A stretch of 64,000 bases of DNA from Planctomycetota bacterium (lineage in GTDB: Bacteria > Planctomycetota > SZUA-567 > H5-PLA8), in NCBI GenBank assembly GCA_038227875.1, contig JBBRPR010000037.1:1-64000 (forward strand). Reading direction: 5' to 3'. Within the stretch, counting starts at the first letter, position 1. The number at the start of each line of letters is the position of its first letter. Of this stretch, positions 63,478 to 64,000 are shown piece after piece. A program made the translations under genes and the position numbers. Under the pieces are notes generated by a model. It saw only the letters and a program-made list of their open reading frames with translations, was not told where the DNA came from and did not search any database.

Positions 63478-64000
63478 ATGGCAAAGTCGATCCCAACCAC
63501 GGTGGTATTGGTTGCCCTTAGCGCCCTCCTCTGCGCCACAACCTGGGCAGAATCCGACACACCAACTCAGGCCGCCACCGACTGGCCGCAATGGCGCGGT
63601 CCCAATCGCGACGGCATCGCGCCCGCCAGTCCCAAGCTCCTCGACACCTGGCCCAAGGAAGGTCCACCGCTGCTCTGGAAAAGCGATTGGATTCCCGGCT
63701 GCCAGGAAGGCGGCACCGGCAGTCCCATCGTCGCCGACGGCAAAGTCTACCTCTACGCCAGCGCAAAGTTTCCCGCCAACGGTGGCAAGCCGTACCAGAT
63801 GATCACGCCCGAACTCCTCGCCGACTCCGGCTGGCTGGCGAATCTCCCCGACGATCTGGCGAAGAAAATCGAAGCCGCGTGGTCGGACAAGGATCGCCCC
63901 AGTACCGCCGGCTGGGACTGGCTCAACCCGGAGCTCGCAAACAAACCCGCCGAAATGGATGCCTTCCTCGCCAAGAAGCCGGACGTCGACACGTACATCA
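63478..64000 (+). CDS. PQQ-like beta-propeller repeat protein (5' part, runs off the right edge)
   Basis: Translated by hand: signal peptide, DWPQWRGPNRDG, WPKEGPPLLWK, SPIVADGKVY. Confidence 0.85.
   Translation, partial: MAKSIPTTVVLVALSALLCATTWAESDTPTQAATDWPQWRGPNRDGIAPASPKLLDTWPKEGPPLLWKSDWIPGCQEGGTGSPIVADGKVYLYASAKFPANGGKPYQMITPELLADSGWLANLPDDLAKKIEAAWSDKDRPSTAGWDWLNPELANKPAEMDAFLAKKPDVDTYI

Overview
GC-rich bacterial chromosomal segment with about 58 CDS. Planctomycetota is the likely source, inferred from ECF/FecR pairs, a prenyltransferase-repeat protein, a DWPQWRGP beta-propeller, and DUF1080 and NPCBM domains. Housekeeping genes: sodC, truD, a DEAD-box helicase, flagellin with a sigma-28 promoter and CsrA-type sites, two pilC paralogues, accA, an lpxL-like acyltransferase, fdhA, thiS-thiG and eboE-eboF. 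There are also many signalling and surface proteins. I saw no rRNA, tRNA, CRISPR array or intact transposase; a possible integrase N-terminus runs off the left edge. Most notable: (1) a [2Fe-2S]-ferredoxin / class III cyclase / class I heme peroxidase fusion coupled to a pseudo-receiver-like ORF, upstream of a palindrome-dense spacer and an ECF sigma whose zinc anti-sigma is fused to a prenyltransferase-type barrel; (2) about 12 arrays with a 7-bp period but different unit sequences, often in inverted pairs, some absorbed into ORF ends; (3) a DEAD-box helicase and its neighbour sharing a CxxC-x17-CxxC zinc module; (4) a nitrilase-fold protein with Gly in place of the catalytic Cys; (5) REP/REPIN-like hairpins. 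All calls come from reading motifs by eye; no database search was run.
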